DNA of 64,000 nt from Candidatus Brocadiia bacterium (GTDB lineage: Bacteria > Planctomycetota > Brocadiia > SM23-32), in the NCBI GenBank assembly GCA_046538485.1, contig JBKHIT010000004.1, positions 1-64,000 on the forward strand. The letters run 5' to 3'. The notes under the pieces were generated by a model that worked only from the letters and a program-made list of their open reading frames with translations, searched no databases and was not told the origin of the DNA. Below are positions 51,147 through 61,487 of this stretch, in pieces. The translations under genes were made by a program, and so were the position numbers. The first letter of the stretch is position 1; each line of letters begins with the position of its first letter.

Positions 51147-52286
51147 CTATGAATCCTGAATTTGCCATCGTGTCAGCATGAGCGACGTTTTCTCAGCGGG
51201 TTTTTCCTGCTGGTAGTAGACCGTCAGTATCGTGCCATCTTCGATCTGCACGCTCGCCGGATAACCCAGATCACCGCTCGGGGCATCGTCCCGCAGAATG
51301 ACCTCTTCATCATACTCCCAGGTCTCACCTCCATCGTTGGATACGCATGCCCTCTGCCCGTACGGCTCGTAACGGTACCCATACGTCACCAGAACCCGAC
51401 CATCACGCAGTTTGGTCAGGTGAGGCGGTTTGCCTAAAATCGGCGTCGGTTCAGGAGCCGTCCAGGTCTGTCCGCCATCATCGGATCTGAATTGCCAGAG
51501 CAGACAGCGCATGCGGCCCTCATCACGCGGCGTTTCCTCGTGCCGGGCCATCGCAAGCAGTCGGCCCGGTTCAACCTCAACAACGTGAGGCTCGCAGAGA
51601 TATGCCACACCGTCCTGAGCGTCTCCCTCATATTCGGGATACATTTCGATGCGAGCGGCGACCGACCAGGTTTTCCCTTTGTCGGACGATTCAGCGGCGA
51701 GTATGCTCCCTTCGCATTCGGATCGTTTTTGGCACGTCTCAATCCCCACGAATATCAGGCGTCCGTCGGACAACTCGATGGGACCGTGCGGAGCCGTAGG
51801 CGGGACGCGGACCGGATCCTCCCACGAACTCCCCCCGTCCGGCGACCGTCGTATCCAGCAGCCAAGCTCGTAGCGGCTGTTGTGAACGTTCTCGCCCGCC
51901 CAGCGACGGATCTCCTCTTGCCCCACTGACTCGATTTTCCGTCGCCAGCGTTCTTCTTCTCCTTCGGGACACATCTTCATGTATCTGTCCGGTTCATAGT
52001 GCGACGTGAACCAGCTGACGATCGCCGTCCCGTCATCGCAGATACATACCCCGGCATCCCGGTCGTCCAGGGGCGTATCGTTGACAAGCCGGGGTTCACC
52101 CCAGGTCTCGCCGCCATCGTCTGACCGCATGACGAATGTCTTGCCAAACGGGTCGACGTGCGCATCACGATCACCGGAAAAAGAAACCACCAGTTCACCG
52201 TCGGGGCCTTTGGCGATTGTGGGCCAACCAATATAACGTCCCGGCTGTTTGCAAATAACCCGGGACTCAAGAATTTTGTAATTCAT
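51147..52286 (-). CDS. Asp-box (BNR) beta-propeller, sialidase-superfamily protein with no signal peptide
   Basis: Five S.D.G.[TS]W boxes; DDRD, DLGYP. Its start overlaps the stop of the upstream epimerase. Confidence 0.8.
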   Translation of the reverse strand: MNYKILESRVICKQPGRYIGWPTIAKGPDGELVVSFSGDRDAHVDPFGKTFVMRSDDGGETWGEPRLVNDTPLDDRDAGVCICDDGTAIVSWFTSHYEPDRYMKMCPEGEEERWRRKIESVGQEEIRRWAGENVHNSRYELGCWIRRSPDGGSSWEDPVRVPPTAPHGPIELSDGRLIFVGIETCQKRSECEGSILAAESSDKGKTWSVAARIEMYPEYEGDAQDGVAYLCEPHVVEVEPGRLLAMARHEETPRDEGRMRCLLWQFRSDDGGQTWTAPEPTPILGKPPHLTKLRDGRVLVTYGYRYEPYGQRACVSNDGGETWEYDEEVILRDDAPSGDLGYPASVQIEDGTILTVYYQQEKPAEKTSLMLTRWQIQDS

Positions 52287-53095
52287 GCTTTCTCCCATTC
52301 TTCACGGATATAGTCCATCGCTTTTGGGAATTCCTCGCACGGATCGCCCGGGATACCACATTCGAAGGCGAGGTAATGTTCGTAACCAATTTCTTTGAGA
52401 GCGGCAAAACCGGGTTTAAAATCGGTATGCCCGTACCCTGGCATAAGTCTCTGGCTATCGGCGAGATGGACATTCTTTATTCGATTGCCGGCGAGACGAA
52501 TGCTCTCGCCGAAATCGGCGTCTTCAATATTCATGTGAAAGAAATCGGCCATCATCCCGATGCCCTGTTTACCAACGTCTTCGCATATATCGACCCCATC
52601 TTGCAGGCTGCACGGCCACCACTGTTCGTACCGGTTCAGCGGCTCAATCACAACATGGGCCCCTTTGTCCTGAGCGACATCCGCGACTTCGCTCAGTATG
52701 GCCGCGAGCAGTTTGCGTTCCAGCTGCGCGGTATTCATAAAAGGCGAGAGATTGGGAATCCTCTCCCCATCACGCATCTTCACGGCAATAAGGGGCGGGA
52801 AAATAAACCCAATTGCACCTGTCGCTTCGCAGAGTGTCAAGGCTTCCTTCATTGATTCTACAGATGCGGCCCGCTGTTCCGGACGCGCATCAAGGCAGAA
52901 CAGGTTTTTCGCGGACATCTGGCTCGCGCGAACACCTGTGTCTTCAATAGCCTGCTTGATCTCCTCGAGGTGTTCCATATCGCTGCTGTTGACAATTTCG
53001 ATTCCGTCCAACCCAATGTCCGCAGCATTCTCAAAACGTTCCGCGATTGTATCGCCAGGAACCATGTGCTCCCGACATGAAAATTTCAGATCCAT
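52283..53095 (-). CDS. Sugar-phosphate isomerase/epimerase (TIM barrel)
   Basis: IEPLNRYE, ADFFHMNIE, VHLADS.R..PG.GH.DF, FEC. Confidence 0.88.
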   Translation of the reverse strand: MDLKFSCREHMVPGDTIAERFENAADIGLDGIEIVNSSDMEHLEEIKQAIEDTGVRASQMSAKNLFCLDARPEQRAASVESMKEALTLCEATGAIGFIFPPLIAVKMRDGERIPNLSPFMNTAQLERKLLAAILSEVADVAQDKGAHVVIEPLNRYEQWWPCSLQDGVDICEDVGKQGIGMMADFFHMNIEDADFGESIRLAGNRIKNVHLADSQRLMPGYGHTDFKPGFAALKEIGYEHYLAFECGIPGDPCEEFPKAMDYIREEWEKA

Positions 53096-53185
53096 CTTTC
53101 AATCCTCTCCGTTTAGAAACCTGCTCTTGTTAACTTTCACAAAAATGCAAACAAATGTTGGGGCCAATATCATTCGGCAACCGGT

Positions 53186-54175
53186 TCATTGTGCGGGGCC
53201 CAGACCACAGGCGTCAAGAATGGCTTCATAACCCCACATATCCCATTCAGGTTCGACGCCGATTCCCTGCAGGTCGCCGTAATTTTTCAATATCAGTCCC
53301 CCGTTGAACAGATCCACCATTTTGTGGGCTTCGTTTTCAATACAAGACCGATCTCCGGTCGGGAGTACACATTGGATATCCAGCGGCGACCACAAACCGA
53401 CACGCGCTTCTCGCAGTTTCTCGGCCAATGCCGGCATATCATAAGCTTCCGGTTGATCAAATTGGAAACAGTCGATGCCGACTTCGATCAAATCATCAAG
53501 AAGTTCCCAGTTGTAACCGCAGGAATGCATCAGAACTCTGACGTCACGTTCGTGAGCAGCTCCCACCAGTCGCTCGTAATGCGGTTTGAAAATGTCACAC
53601 CACATCTCGGGCCCAATAAGCGCTCGGTCTTGTGTTCCCAGATCCTCACAATAAAAAATGGCATCCACCCCCGCGTCAGCAAAACGATGGATGACTTTAA
53701 CATAGACATCTGTGACGAGATTATGGAGCTGATCGATCTCCTCGCGATACTCGATCAAGTCCATGAAATAAATCTCCATTTTACGCAGGTAACGGCTCGT
53801 TGCAAAGACCCATCCCGGCACAAACCCCGCTTTGAACTTCCCGTCATTTTTCCCAAAAACTTCAGCCGCCCTGACGTAGCGGTCGGGATCATCGAAATCC
53901 GGCACTTGAAGTTCGGCCAGCTCGCTCCAATCTTCGATTGCCGGTTTGTAAACCTCACCGCCCGCCGAACCATCAACATCCCGGTACCAGACGTTACCCC
54001 AGGCATCGTCATAATACTCAATATTGCCCTCAGTCCAGCGTTTGGGTTCATAGGTTTTCGAACTGGTGACCCCGGCCGTTACCATATCGTTAATACGATC
54101 ACCGGAAAAAGTTAATCCGGGCCGTGGCGGATTGTCGTGTTCCAGGTTGGCAACAATGATATCGTATGCACTCAT
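53186..54175 (-). CDS. Uroporphyrinogen decarboxylase (UroD/MtaA-like) family protein
   Basis: D.WG..W, LR.ME....D, EDLGTQ...LI.P.MW...FKP, MHSCG, DIQ..LP.G; GGAGG-like RBS. Confidence 0.85.
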   Translation of the reverse strand: MSAYDIIVANLEHDNPPRPGLTFSGDRINDMVTAGVTSSKTYEPKRWTEGNIEYYDDAWGNVWYRDVDGSAGGEVYKPAIEDWSELAELQVPDFDDPDRYVRAAEVFGKNDGKFKAGFVPGWVFATSRYLRKMEIYFMDLIEYREEIDQLHNLVTDVYVKVIHRFADAGVDAIFYCEDLGTQDRALIGPEMWCDIFKPHYERLVGAAHERDVRVLMHSCGYNWELLDDLIEVGIDCFQFDQPEAYDMPALAEKLREARVGLWSPLDIQCVLPTGDRSCIENEAHKMVDLFNGGLILKNYGDLQGIGVEPEWDMWGYEAILDACGLGPAQ

Positions 54176-54224
54176 CCTGGAGGTTTTTAAAAAGAAAAGC
54201 GGGCAATGCGCGAGCTGAAAGCTT

Positions 54225-55706
54225 TTATTCGCACTTCCATTCCGTACCATTCGCTTCATCTTTGAGGACAATTCCCAAACCCGCGAGGCGGTCACGGATA
54301 TGGTCCGCAAGATCGAACTGGCCGGCCTCACGCAGCGCCGCACGCGTTTCGATCATGGTTTCGATCAAATCCTTTCCCAAACCTTTGCCTCCCGTTTTTT
54401 CACCAGCTCCAGCATCCCGCAAAATACCCAGAACCTGCTCGCCCAATTCACTGTAAAGGCCATCGAGTGCAGCAAGTTCTGTTGAGTTCAGCGGACTCCC
54501 TGCATCCAGCAACTGGTTAACCAGATGTGTATATTTGCTCAGTTCACCTATGGCACCAGCCGTGTTAAAGTCATCGTTCATTTCGCCTTCAAATCGTTCT
54601 TGCGTTTCGTCCACGATTTGCTGAATGTGGTCGGCGACTTCGTCCTCTGACGTCTCAATAATTTCGCGTCTTTTCCGAAGTTCAGAGGCCGCATTCTCGA
54701 TACGTTCGAGGCCCTTTCGGGCGGCTTCAAGGGCTTCAGCGGAGAAATCGAGCGGACTTCTATAATGACTATTTAAGATGAAGTAGCGAATAACCATTGG
54801 GCGAACGGGTTCTTCGAGCGGCGGATCGCCGCCGAAGGCATCTTTCAGCGTTATGAAATTACCGAGACTTTTCCCCATCTTCCGACCTTCAACGGTCACC
54901 ATATTATTGTGCAACCAGTAACGCACGAACTGTTCGCCTGTTGCCCCTTCGCTTTGGGCAATCTCGTTCTCATGATGCGGGAAGATGTTTTCCAGTCCCC
55001 CACCATGGATGTCGAGCGTGGGACCGAGATATTTCAGCCCCATGGCCGAACATTCCACATGCCACCCCGGGTATCCCACACTCCATGGGCTTTCCCAATT
55101 CATCAGGTGGCGCTCTTCGGCTTTTTTCCAGAGCGCGAAATCAAGAGGGCTTCGTTTTTCGGCCCTTTCATCGACCCGAACATTTTCCAGCATTTGATCG
55201 AGATCGCGTCCGCTGAGCTTTCCGTAATCCTCAAAACTCATCACGTCGAAGTATACGTTCCCATCGACCTGGTAAGCATGTCCGTTCTCCAGCAGCTCTC
55301 GCACGAGTGCGATCTGTTCGGGGATATGACCTGAAGCACGGGGACAAATATCGGGACGCCGGATGTTCAGCGCATCCATGTCCTCGAAATAACTCCGGGT
55401 AAATGTTTCGGCGACTTCCATGGGTTCAACCCCCATCTCACGCGCCTTGAGCCCCACTTTATCCTCGCCTTCGTCGGCATCATCGGTCAGATGACCAACG
55501 TCCGTTATGTTCTGGACATACCTGACCCGGTAATCCAGATAACGGAGATAACGTATTATAACATCGAAACTAACGTAACTTTTGGCGTGCCCGATATGGC
55601 TATGACCATAAACCGTCGGACCACAGACGTAGATTCCGACGAAACCCTCATGAATGGGTTTGAATTCCTGTTCTTCTCTTTTGAGACTGTTGTAGACTTT
55701 TAGCAT
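54225..55706 (-). CDS. cysS: Cysteine--tRNA ligase
   Basis: YVCGPTVY..SHIGH, DFALWK, GYPGWH.ECS, HGGG..N.FPHHENE.AQ, KMGKSLGN, AD.IRD.L. Confidence 0.97.
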   Translation of the reverse strand: MLKVYNSLKREEQEFKPIHEGFVGIYVCGPTVYGHSHIGHAKSYVSFDVIIRYLRYLDYRVRYVQNITDVGHLTDDADEGEDKVGLKAREMGVEPMEVAETFTRSYFEDMDALNIRRPDICPRASGHIPEQIALVRELLENGHAYQVDGNVYFDVMSFEDYGKLSGRDLDQMLENVRVDERAEKRSPLDFALWKKAEERHLMNWESPWSVGYPGWHVECSAMGLKYLGPTLDIHGGGLENIFPHHENEIAQSEGATGEQFVRYWLHNNMVTVEGRKMGKSLGNFITLKDAFGGDPPLEEPVRPMVIRYFILNSHYRSPLDFSAEALEAARKGLERIENAASELRKRREIIETSEDEVADHIQQIVDETQERFEGEMNDDFNTAGAIGELSKYTHLVNQLLDAGSPLNSTELAALDGLYSELGEQVLGILRDAGAGEKTGGKGLGKDLIETMIETRAALREAGQFDLADHIRDRLAGLGIVLKDEANGTEWKCE

Positions 55707-55740
55707 GGCGGTTCCAATTGTTTTCGGTCCGTTAGGAAAA

Positions 55741-56859
55741 CTACCTGGGAAGCCCCTTTTCGCCATCTTCCAGCGCCGGAGGAGACCACAGATACATCGG
55801 GCGCATACCTTTCAAAGGAGGAAGTCTGCCCCCGAATTCTATATCCAGATCGGGGCCTTCCCCGAAAGCTGCCACTACGTCGGTCAGCGTGATCACCCGT
55901 TTGTATTGGACCAGATGCACGTTTTTCAGCCCCTCCATCTTTTTGATCGCTTCAATGGCGTCCGATTCATAGCCCACCTCGTCCACCAATCTGTTCTCAG
56001 CAGCCTGTGGTCCGGTGAATATTCTGCCATCAGCGAGTTTGCGCACTTCTTCGGGTTTCATGTTTCGACCCTCAGCCACAACTTCTACGAAACGTGTATG
56101 CAACTGGATGACTATCGTCTGAAGAAGCTCCCTTTCTTTCTCTTTCTGCTCCTGTGTTTTTTCTGTAAAAGGCGAGCCGATATCTTTAAAGTCACCGCTT
56201 GTAATCGTTTCGTTTTTCACGCCCACTTTTCCCAGCAGTTCAGTCGCATCATACATGGGCATCAAGACGCCAATACTACCGGTAACCGTAGTCGGGTGAG
56301 CGATGATTTTATCGGCTCCACATGAGATGTAATAACCGCCCGAGGCGGCCATGTCCCTCATGCAGACCACCACGGGTTTGCCATCGTCGCCTTTACGAAA
56401 CTCTTTGATCTCACGCAGCAAGATATCACTGGCCGTTATACCGCCACCAGGGCTATCAACAAAAATTACGGCCCCACGAACACGCGAATCCCTCTTGGCT
56501 CGTCTAAGTTGCTCGGATACAAACCGGACGGGTGTCAGCTCATTACTGGCACTTGAACTTCCAAAAATCATTCCTTCAACCGGGATACATACCACTTTTG
56601 CAGCGCCACGTTTGCCCCCGATTGTAACTTCACGAATCTGGGCATTACCGCCAGTGCCGGGCCCGCCCGCCATAGCAGCTGCAACGATGAGACCGACGAA
56701 AGCAACGGCCCCGAGAAAACCGAGCACACCGATCACCAGCACCGCGATCAGGCAGCCTTTGAAGAAACCGCTCCCGGTTGCACTCGTTTTCCCCTGGTTT
56801 TGAGAGGACTCGTCAGGGTGATACTGCGGCGACTCACTGCCAGTTGTATTTGTCGACAT
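55741..56859 (-). CDS. sppA: Signal peptide peptidase SppA (S49)
   Basis: N-terminal TM, DSPGG, MAASGGYY, TGSIGV, SG.FKD, DGRIFTG. Confidence 0.92.
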   Translation of the reverse strand: MSTNTTGSESPQYHPDESSQNQGKTSATGSGFFKGCLIAVLVIGVLGFLGAVAFVGLIVAAAMAGGPGTGGNAQIREVTIGGKRGAAKVVCIPVEGMIFGSSSASNELTPVRFVSEQLRRAKRDSRVRGAVIFVDSPGGGITASDILLREIKEFRKGDDGKPVVVCMRDMAASGGYYISCGADKIIAHPTTVTGSIGVLMPMYDATELLGKVGVKNETITSGDFKDIGSPFTEKTQEQKEKERELLQTIVIQLHTRFVEVVAEGRNMKPEEVRKLADGRIFTGPQAAENRLVDEVGYESDAIEAIKKMEGLKNVHLVQYKRVITLTDVVAAFGEGPDLDIEFGGRLPPLKGMRPMYLWSPPALEDGEKGLPR

Positions 56860-56948
56860 CTGTGCTCTCCTTCCAGGCAATACGATCTCCTGCATTCTCT
56901 GTGATTTTTATGCAGACGTCAAGTTGGGTGCTTCAGAGCAATGCGCCC

Positions 56949-58517
56949 CTATTCGTCGGCACATTCAGCCGGAAGGTACACAACAAAATGCGTCCCATGG
57001 TCATCAGGCTTCTCCAGCTCGATATGACCGTCATAGGTATCCACGATCGCTCTTGTAATGGAAAGCCCGAGCCCTGTTCCCCGAGCTTTGGTCGTAAAGA
57101 AGGGATCGAAAAGCTGTTCGCGATCCTCTTCAGAAATCCCGGCACCGTTATCTATGACATGCAACACAAGAAGCGGTGACCGCTCTGTGGCCTCGCCGGC
57201 AATTTCTTCGGTTTCCTGACCTTGATCAAGGCGAATCTCCCCTTTGATTTCGAGCCGCGCATCTTGCTGGCCCTGGAGTTCCTCAAGCGCGTTTGTGACC
57301 AGATTGAGCAAGACTTGTCTGAGGCGCCCCCGGGTAAAAGGAAGGCGGACCTTACGGTCCGTCACATCGACTACAATATCAATGTCAGGCGTGAGTTTCA
57401 GGACATGGGCAAGGTCCATCACCTCCGATACAACCTCAGGGGGGTGAACAATCTCGCTTTGCTGTTCGACCGACGGGCGAGCCAGTTCTAACAGCGATTG
57501 AACAATGCTTTTGCACTCGCGGGCCTCTTCCTCAATTGCCACCAGCGCCTCACGGTGAGGTGAATCTTCGGGGATCCGTTCTTTAAGAGTTGTGACATAA
57601 CCAATTATGACTGCAATCGGGTTATTTATTTCGTGGGCTATACCGGCGGACAAACGCCCGAGCGTAGCCACTTTTTCGGCTTCAACAAGCTCACGCTGGT
57701 GGTTCTCGAGAGTTGCTGCCATTCGATTGAAACTCCGCGCAAGCATCCGGAACTCAGCCGAACGAGGCAGTTCGACCTGCCGAGTAAAATCGCCCCGGCT
57801 CAACGCTTGTGCCTCGTCGACCAATCTATTAATGGGTTTTATTATCGATCGATGTGTTACATACAACACGATTAACACAACCAATCCGGCGATTCCCAGG
57901 ATAGCCCGCAGTATAAGCTGGGAGATGCGCCAGATGCGGCTTGCATCTGCTTCCAATCGATATGTCTTCCAGTCGAAACTTCGCCCAATCTGTGTATTGA
58001 GATTGACCAGATCCAGCCTTAGTTCGCCTGCTCGTCTGCTCAGATTTTCTCGATCCCCTTTTCTGCGCCCGGGTCCTGGCTCAGATACACCTTTTTCAAT
58101 AACATGCTTCAAATCCCCGGCGGTCCTCGCCAATTTATTAAGAAAAACTCGCTCAGGAGGATCTATATTGGCTCCGGTCAGGCCCTGAAGCGTCCGGCTG
58201 AAACGTTGAAGCATTTCTTCAAACCGCTTCCGCCTCATCGAATCAATTTTACCTGTCGAATCCCAACCCAGACAGACCTGATCGGCGGCATGTAGCATTT
58301 TCAAGGCTTCACGCCGCAACTGTTGTCGAATTCGCACCTCTGTTGTCGCTTTACGTAAACGCGCCAGAAAATACAAATGCGCTCCAAGCGCAGCACCAAA
58401 CACAAGAAACAGCACCCCGAATCCGACAGCAAGCCGGAAACTTGTTGTCTTTCGAAAAGGCGGTTTGTCCCATTCTTCTTCGGCCACGGAAACTCCTCGA
58501 TCAACATCGCTGTTCAA
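56949..58517 (-). CDS. Membrane HAMP-domain sensor histidine kinase
   Basis: Two TMs flanking a helical periplasmic domain, HAMP (KPI..L..A..L..GD...FNRM), IAHEINNP, NLVTNA, DNG.GI, FFTTK..GTGLGL. Confidence 0.92.
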   Translation of the reverse strand: MNSDVDRGVSVAEEEWDKPPFRKTTSFRLAVGFGVLFLVFGAALGAHLYFLARLRKATTEVRIRQQLRREALKMLHAADQVCLGWDSTGKIDSMRRKRFEEMLQRFSRTLQGLTGANIDPPERVFLNKLARTAGDLKHVIEKGVSEPGPGRRKGDRENLSRRAGELRLDLVNLNTQIGRSFDWKTYRLEADASRIWRISQLILRAILGIAGLVVLIVLYVTHRSIIKPINRLVDEAQALSRGDFTRQVELPRSAEFRMLARSFNRMAATLENHQRELVEAEKVATLGRLSAGIAHEINNPIAVIIGYVTTLKERIPEDSPHREALVAIEEEARECKSIVQSLLELARPSVEQQSEIVHPPEVVSEVMDLAHVLKLTPDIDIVVDVTDRKVRLPFTRGRLRQVLLNLVTNALEELQGQQDARLEIKGEIRLDQGQETEEIAGEATERSPLLVLHVIDNGAGISEEDREQLFDPFFTTKARGTGLGLSITRAIVDTYDGHIELEKPDDHGTHFVVYLPAECADE

Positions 58518-59500
58518 TATTCTGATTCGCTGATTATCATCTGGAGTTCGTTTCTTGCAACGTTCTCTACGTCCCCGTTTGCCCGCAGCACGAACCCACC
58601 TCGCATGCCATGATTCGCGAGAGAAAAATCGCAGACAAGAGCTCTGTCAGGCTCCGGTTCGGGATCGGGCGGGCGTCTGTAAAGATACCCTGCCCCAATT
58701 TCAGGCTGTTCCACTGAAGGACACTGCAATATTGACTTGTTGGTTACGTATTCAGGATATAAATCTTCCAGTAAGCGTGGATATTCTCCATTTTTGGCCA
58801 CATATTCCTTCATCGCCATGCCGATGGTTTCTAAATTCTCGCGACAGCGGCTATCGGAAGCTTTTTCGGTTATCAAGATACTCAGCCCCCCTCCGCGAGA
58901 ACAGGCACTCAAAAGTCCCATGCTGAGGCCACCGACCAAAATTAAAATCGCTACAATCGTTCCGCGGTGTTCTCCTTTGATTCTTATCTCCAGCAAAGCA
59001 AAAAAGCCAAGGATAACGGCTCCAATCCCAAATGCCCAAAACCAGCCCGCCAGTACAACAAAAGGGATTCCCGCAAGTGCGAGCGGATGGAAAGGCGGTC
59101 TTGATACTTCGACTTCTTCATCATCCTCAGCTAATTCCTCCGCCTGTTTTGCAAGTTCTTCGGAGACCTCTTTTTCGCGGATACTGTCTTCGCTCTGATA
59201 AATCAGCTTCAAAACACCGAGGTCAATCACATCACCATCTCGCAAACACCTGTGCTTTTCACGTTTCCCGTCCACCAACATTCCGTTCCGGGAGCCAAGG
59301 TCCTCAGCAAAACAATAACCTTCCTCACAGAACAGTTGTGCATGTCGGCGAGAAATCTGCCTGTCGTGAATAACCAGATCGCACTCTTCTGAGCGACCGA
59401 TAAGAACCCCATCAGCCCCAATCCTGATCACACGTCCATCGTATTCTCCCCCTTCAATGCGCACGGAATGGACTTCTTTTTGTTCAAACATATCATCCAT
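58514..59500 (-). CDS. FHA-domain membrane protein with a C-terminal pilin-like (DUF1559-type) segment
   Basis: FHA: IGRS..CD......ISRRHA, DLGS.NG..V.G, L.DGD.I.LG; TM helices; C.ENL..IG.AM..Y....G.YP...CPS...H....G.VL..NG.V. Confidence 0.8.
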   Translation of the reverse strand: MDDMFEQKEVHSVRIEGGEYDGRVIRIGADGVLIGRSEECDLVIHDRQISRRHAQLFCEEGYCFAEDLGSRNGMLVDGKREKHRCLRDGDVIDLGVLKLIYQSEDSIREKEVSEELAKQAEELAEDDEEVEVSRPPFHPLALAGIPFVVLAGWFWAFGIGAVILGFFALLEIRIKGEHRGTIVAILILVGGLSMGLLSACSRGGGLSILITEKASDSRCRENLETIGMAMKEYVAKNGEYPRLLEDLYPEYVTNKSILQCPSVEQPEIGAGYLYRRPPDPEPEPDRALVCDFSLANHGMRGGFVLRANGDVENVARNELQMIISESEY

Positions 59501-59607
59501 AAAAATGCCCTCTATTCAGACCGCCCGGGTCTGCGCTTTCACTACCTGGAATCTAATCGAGCAAAAGGCCGGTTTCAAATGCCAGAGTGAAAAACAGAGT
59601 ATGACAG

Positions 59608-61233
59608 TCAACGTCTGAACCGTCGCCAGATGATATGGAGCAGAAAACGCGTCTCTGATATTCCAAGAGACAAACTGAGGAAGAAATAAGCCAGTGTGCC
59701 TGCAGCAACGGGAACGAGAACACGAATAGTCTTGATCAACATTTTATCCCGCACAGGGGCGGCCGGCAGGAATCGAAGGGTGATGTAGCATACCGCTGCC
59801 ATGAATAGAGTTGCTAATAGAGTTTTCGCCAACACCTTTACGAGATGCCCCATATCGAGTGGAGCTACACCTCTGTGAAGAAGAAACGTAAGCAATGAGA
59901 CCTGCAACGCCGCGCTGATTGCCGTTGAGAGCGCGAGCCCTGCTGCCCCAAGAAACCAAATTAACGTGAGATTGAGAGCAAGATTCACAACCACAGCGCC
60001 GACGGCGACCTTGACCGGCGTGTGCGGATCCTGTACCCCGTAGAACGCGCGGTTCAAGATGTGAAGGGCACAGTATGCCCATATGCCGACCGCATAAGCA
60101 ATCAAAGCCGACACCGTTCGTACCGTCGCCTCGGTTCCAAATCGTCCGTGTTCAAACAGCAGTTCCACAACCGGCTCTCCAAGAATAATCAAGCCTGCTC
60201 CGGCCGGAATCCCCACCACCAGAACAGCGCCAAGGCCATGAGTTACAGTGTCCGAAAAACCCTCCCATTCTTCACGGGCGGCCCGCGCACTCAAAGCCGG
60301 GAAAATCGCCGTCGCCAGCGCTATCCCAAAGACCCCCAGTGGAAATTGCATCAGGCGGCTGGCGTACGCCAGCACGCTGTTCGCTCCGATTTCAAGAGGA
60401 TACGCGACCGTCGCTCCGAAGACAGTAAAAGTTTCTACCCCTTCGGGAGCCGCCAACCCGATGGCAATAACGCCGTCAAACAATACATTGAGCTGAAACG
60501 CGGCCATACCGACAACTATCGGCGCCATCGTCACGACAACGCGCCTGAGCCCGGGATGATGAAGATTAAATGCAGGACGAAGCGGGAAACCTTTCCGCAC
60601 AAGGGCAAAAACTTGCAAAATGAGCTGGCAAACCCCCGCCACCAAAATGCCCACCACCACAACGAGAATTTTTCCCCTCATCGTTGTGGCAACATATGGT
60701 GCGACCAGAACAAGAGCTACGATCCAGCACAAGTTCAGCAAAACAGGCGCCGCAGCCGGTGAAAAAAAATGTTTGAGCGAATTTAAAATGGCGCCCGCCA
60801 AAGCCGTCAGACAAATGAAAACCATGTAGGGCAGCAGTAAACCGGTCAGGAGAAATGTCAGACGCCATCGTTCCGACAGCGGCGCTACTCGGGGCAGCAA
60901 CACTATGAAAGCCTCCCCGAGAAGCAAGCAGGCCAGCAAAACTCCCAGCGTGGCCGTGGCAACAACCCAGGCCAGTTTCCAGGCATCTCTCTTGCTTTTT
61001 AGTTCAAGATATTCGGTAAAAACCGGAATGAGGGCGGAACTCAAAGCACCTTCGCCAAAAAGACGCCGGAACAAGTTTGGGACCCGCCAGGCGAAAAAAA
61101 AGGCATCCGCTACCATGCTGTCCGCAAAGATTGCCGCAAACGCGACATCACGCACCAATCCCAGGATCCGGCTAAAAAATGTCAGTCCCCCGATCAATAC
61201 CGTATTCTTGAAATGCCGACGAAGGTCACTCAT
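59608..61233 (-). CDS. murJ: Lipid II flippase MurJ (MviN)
   Basis: SRILGLVRD, DAFF.A.R.PNLFRRLFGEGALS.A.IP, RLMQFPLG.FG.A..T..FP, many TM helices. Confidence 0.95.
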   Translation of the reverse strand: MSDLRRHFKNTVLIGGLTFFSRILGLVRDVAFAAIFADSMVADAFFFAWRVPNLFRRLFGEGALSSALIPVFTEYLELKSKRDAWKLAWVVATATLGVLLACLLLGEAFIVLLPRVAPLSERWRLTFLLTGLLLPYMVFICLTALAGAILNSLKHFFSPAAAPVLLNLCWIVALVLVAPYVATTMRGKILVVVVGILVAGVCQLILQVFALVRKGFPLRPAFNLHHPGLRRVVVTMAPIVVGMAAFQLNVLFDGVIAIGLAAPEGVETFTVFGATVAYPLEIGANSVLAYASRLMQFPLGVFGIALATAIFPALSARAAREEWEGFSDTVTHGLGAVLVVGIPAGAGLIILGEPVVELLFEHGRFGTEATVRTVSALIAYAVGIWAYCALHILNRAFYGVQDPHTPVKVAVGAVVVNLALNLTLIWFLGAAGLALSTAISAALQVSLLTFLLHRGVAPLDMGHLVKVLAKTLLATLFMAAVCYITLRFLPAAPVRDKMLIKTIRVLVPVAAGTLAYFFLSLSLGISETRFLLHIIWRRFRR

Positions 61234-61487
61234 AAAATAAACCGTACCGGCTAAACGTTTATCCCGGTAGCATCATATGAACAGTCCTCAATGCCCACAA
61301 CAAAACCAGAATGATTCTACGACCCTGCCTGCCCCTTTGGCGAATTGATCTTATAACCCCTTTTCAGAAAAAAACTTACAGCATTTGCTATTTTGGGCAA
61401 ATCCTGCAAAGGGCAATCTTTGCCCCGGGTTTTTGATCGGAAACGACGCCTCTTTTTATGTCGAATAAACCGATAGCTGAATAATTT

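Noticed and set aside
61395..61425. GGGCAAA-TCCT-GCAA-AGGG...TTTGCCC hairpin as a c-di-GMP-I riboswitch
   Set aside because: It lacks the downstream conserved junction and reads on the strand opposite the flanking genes; probably a simple hairpin.
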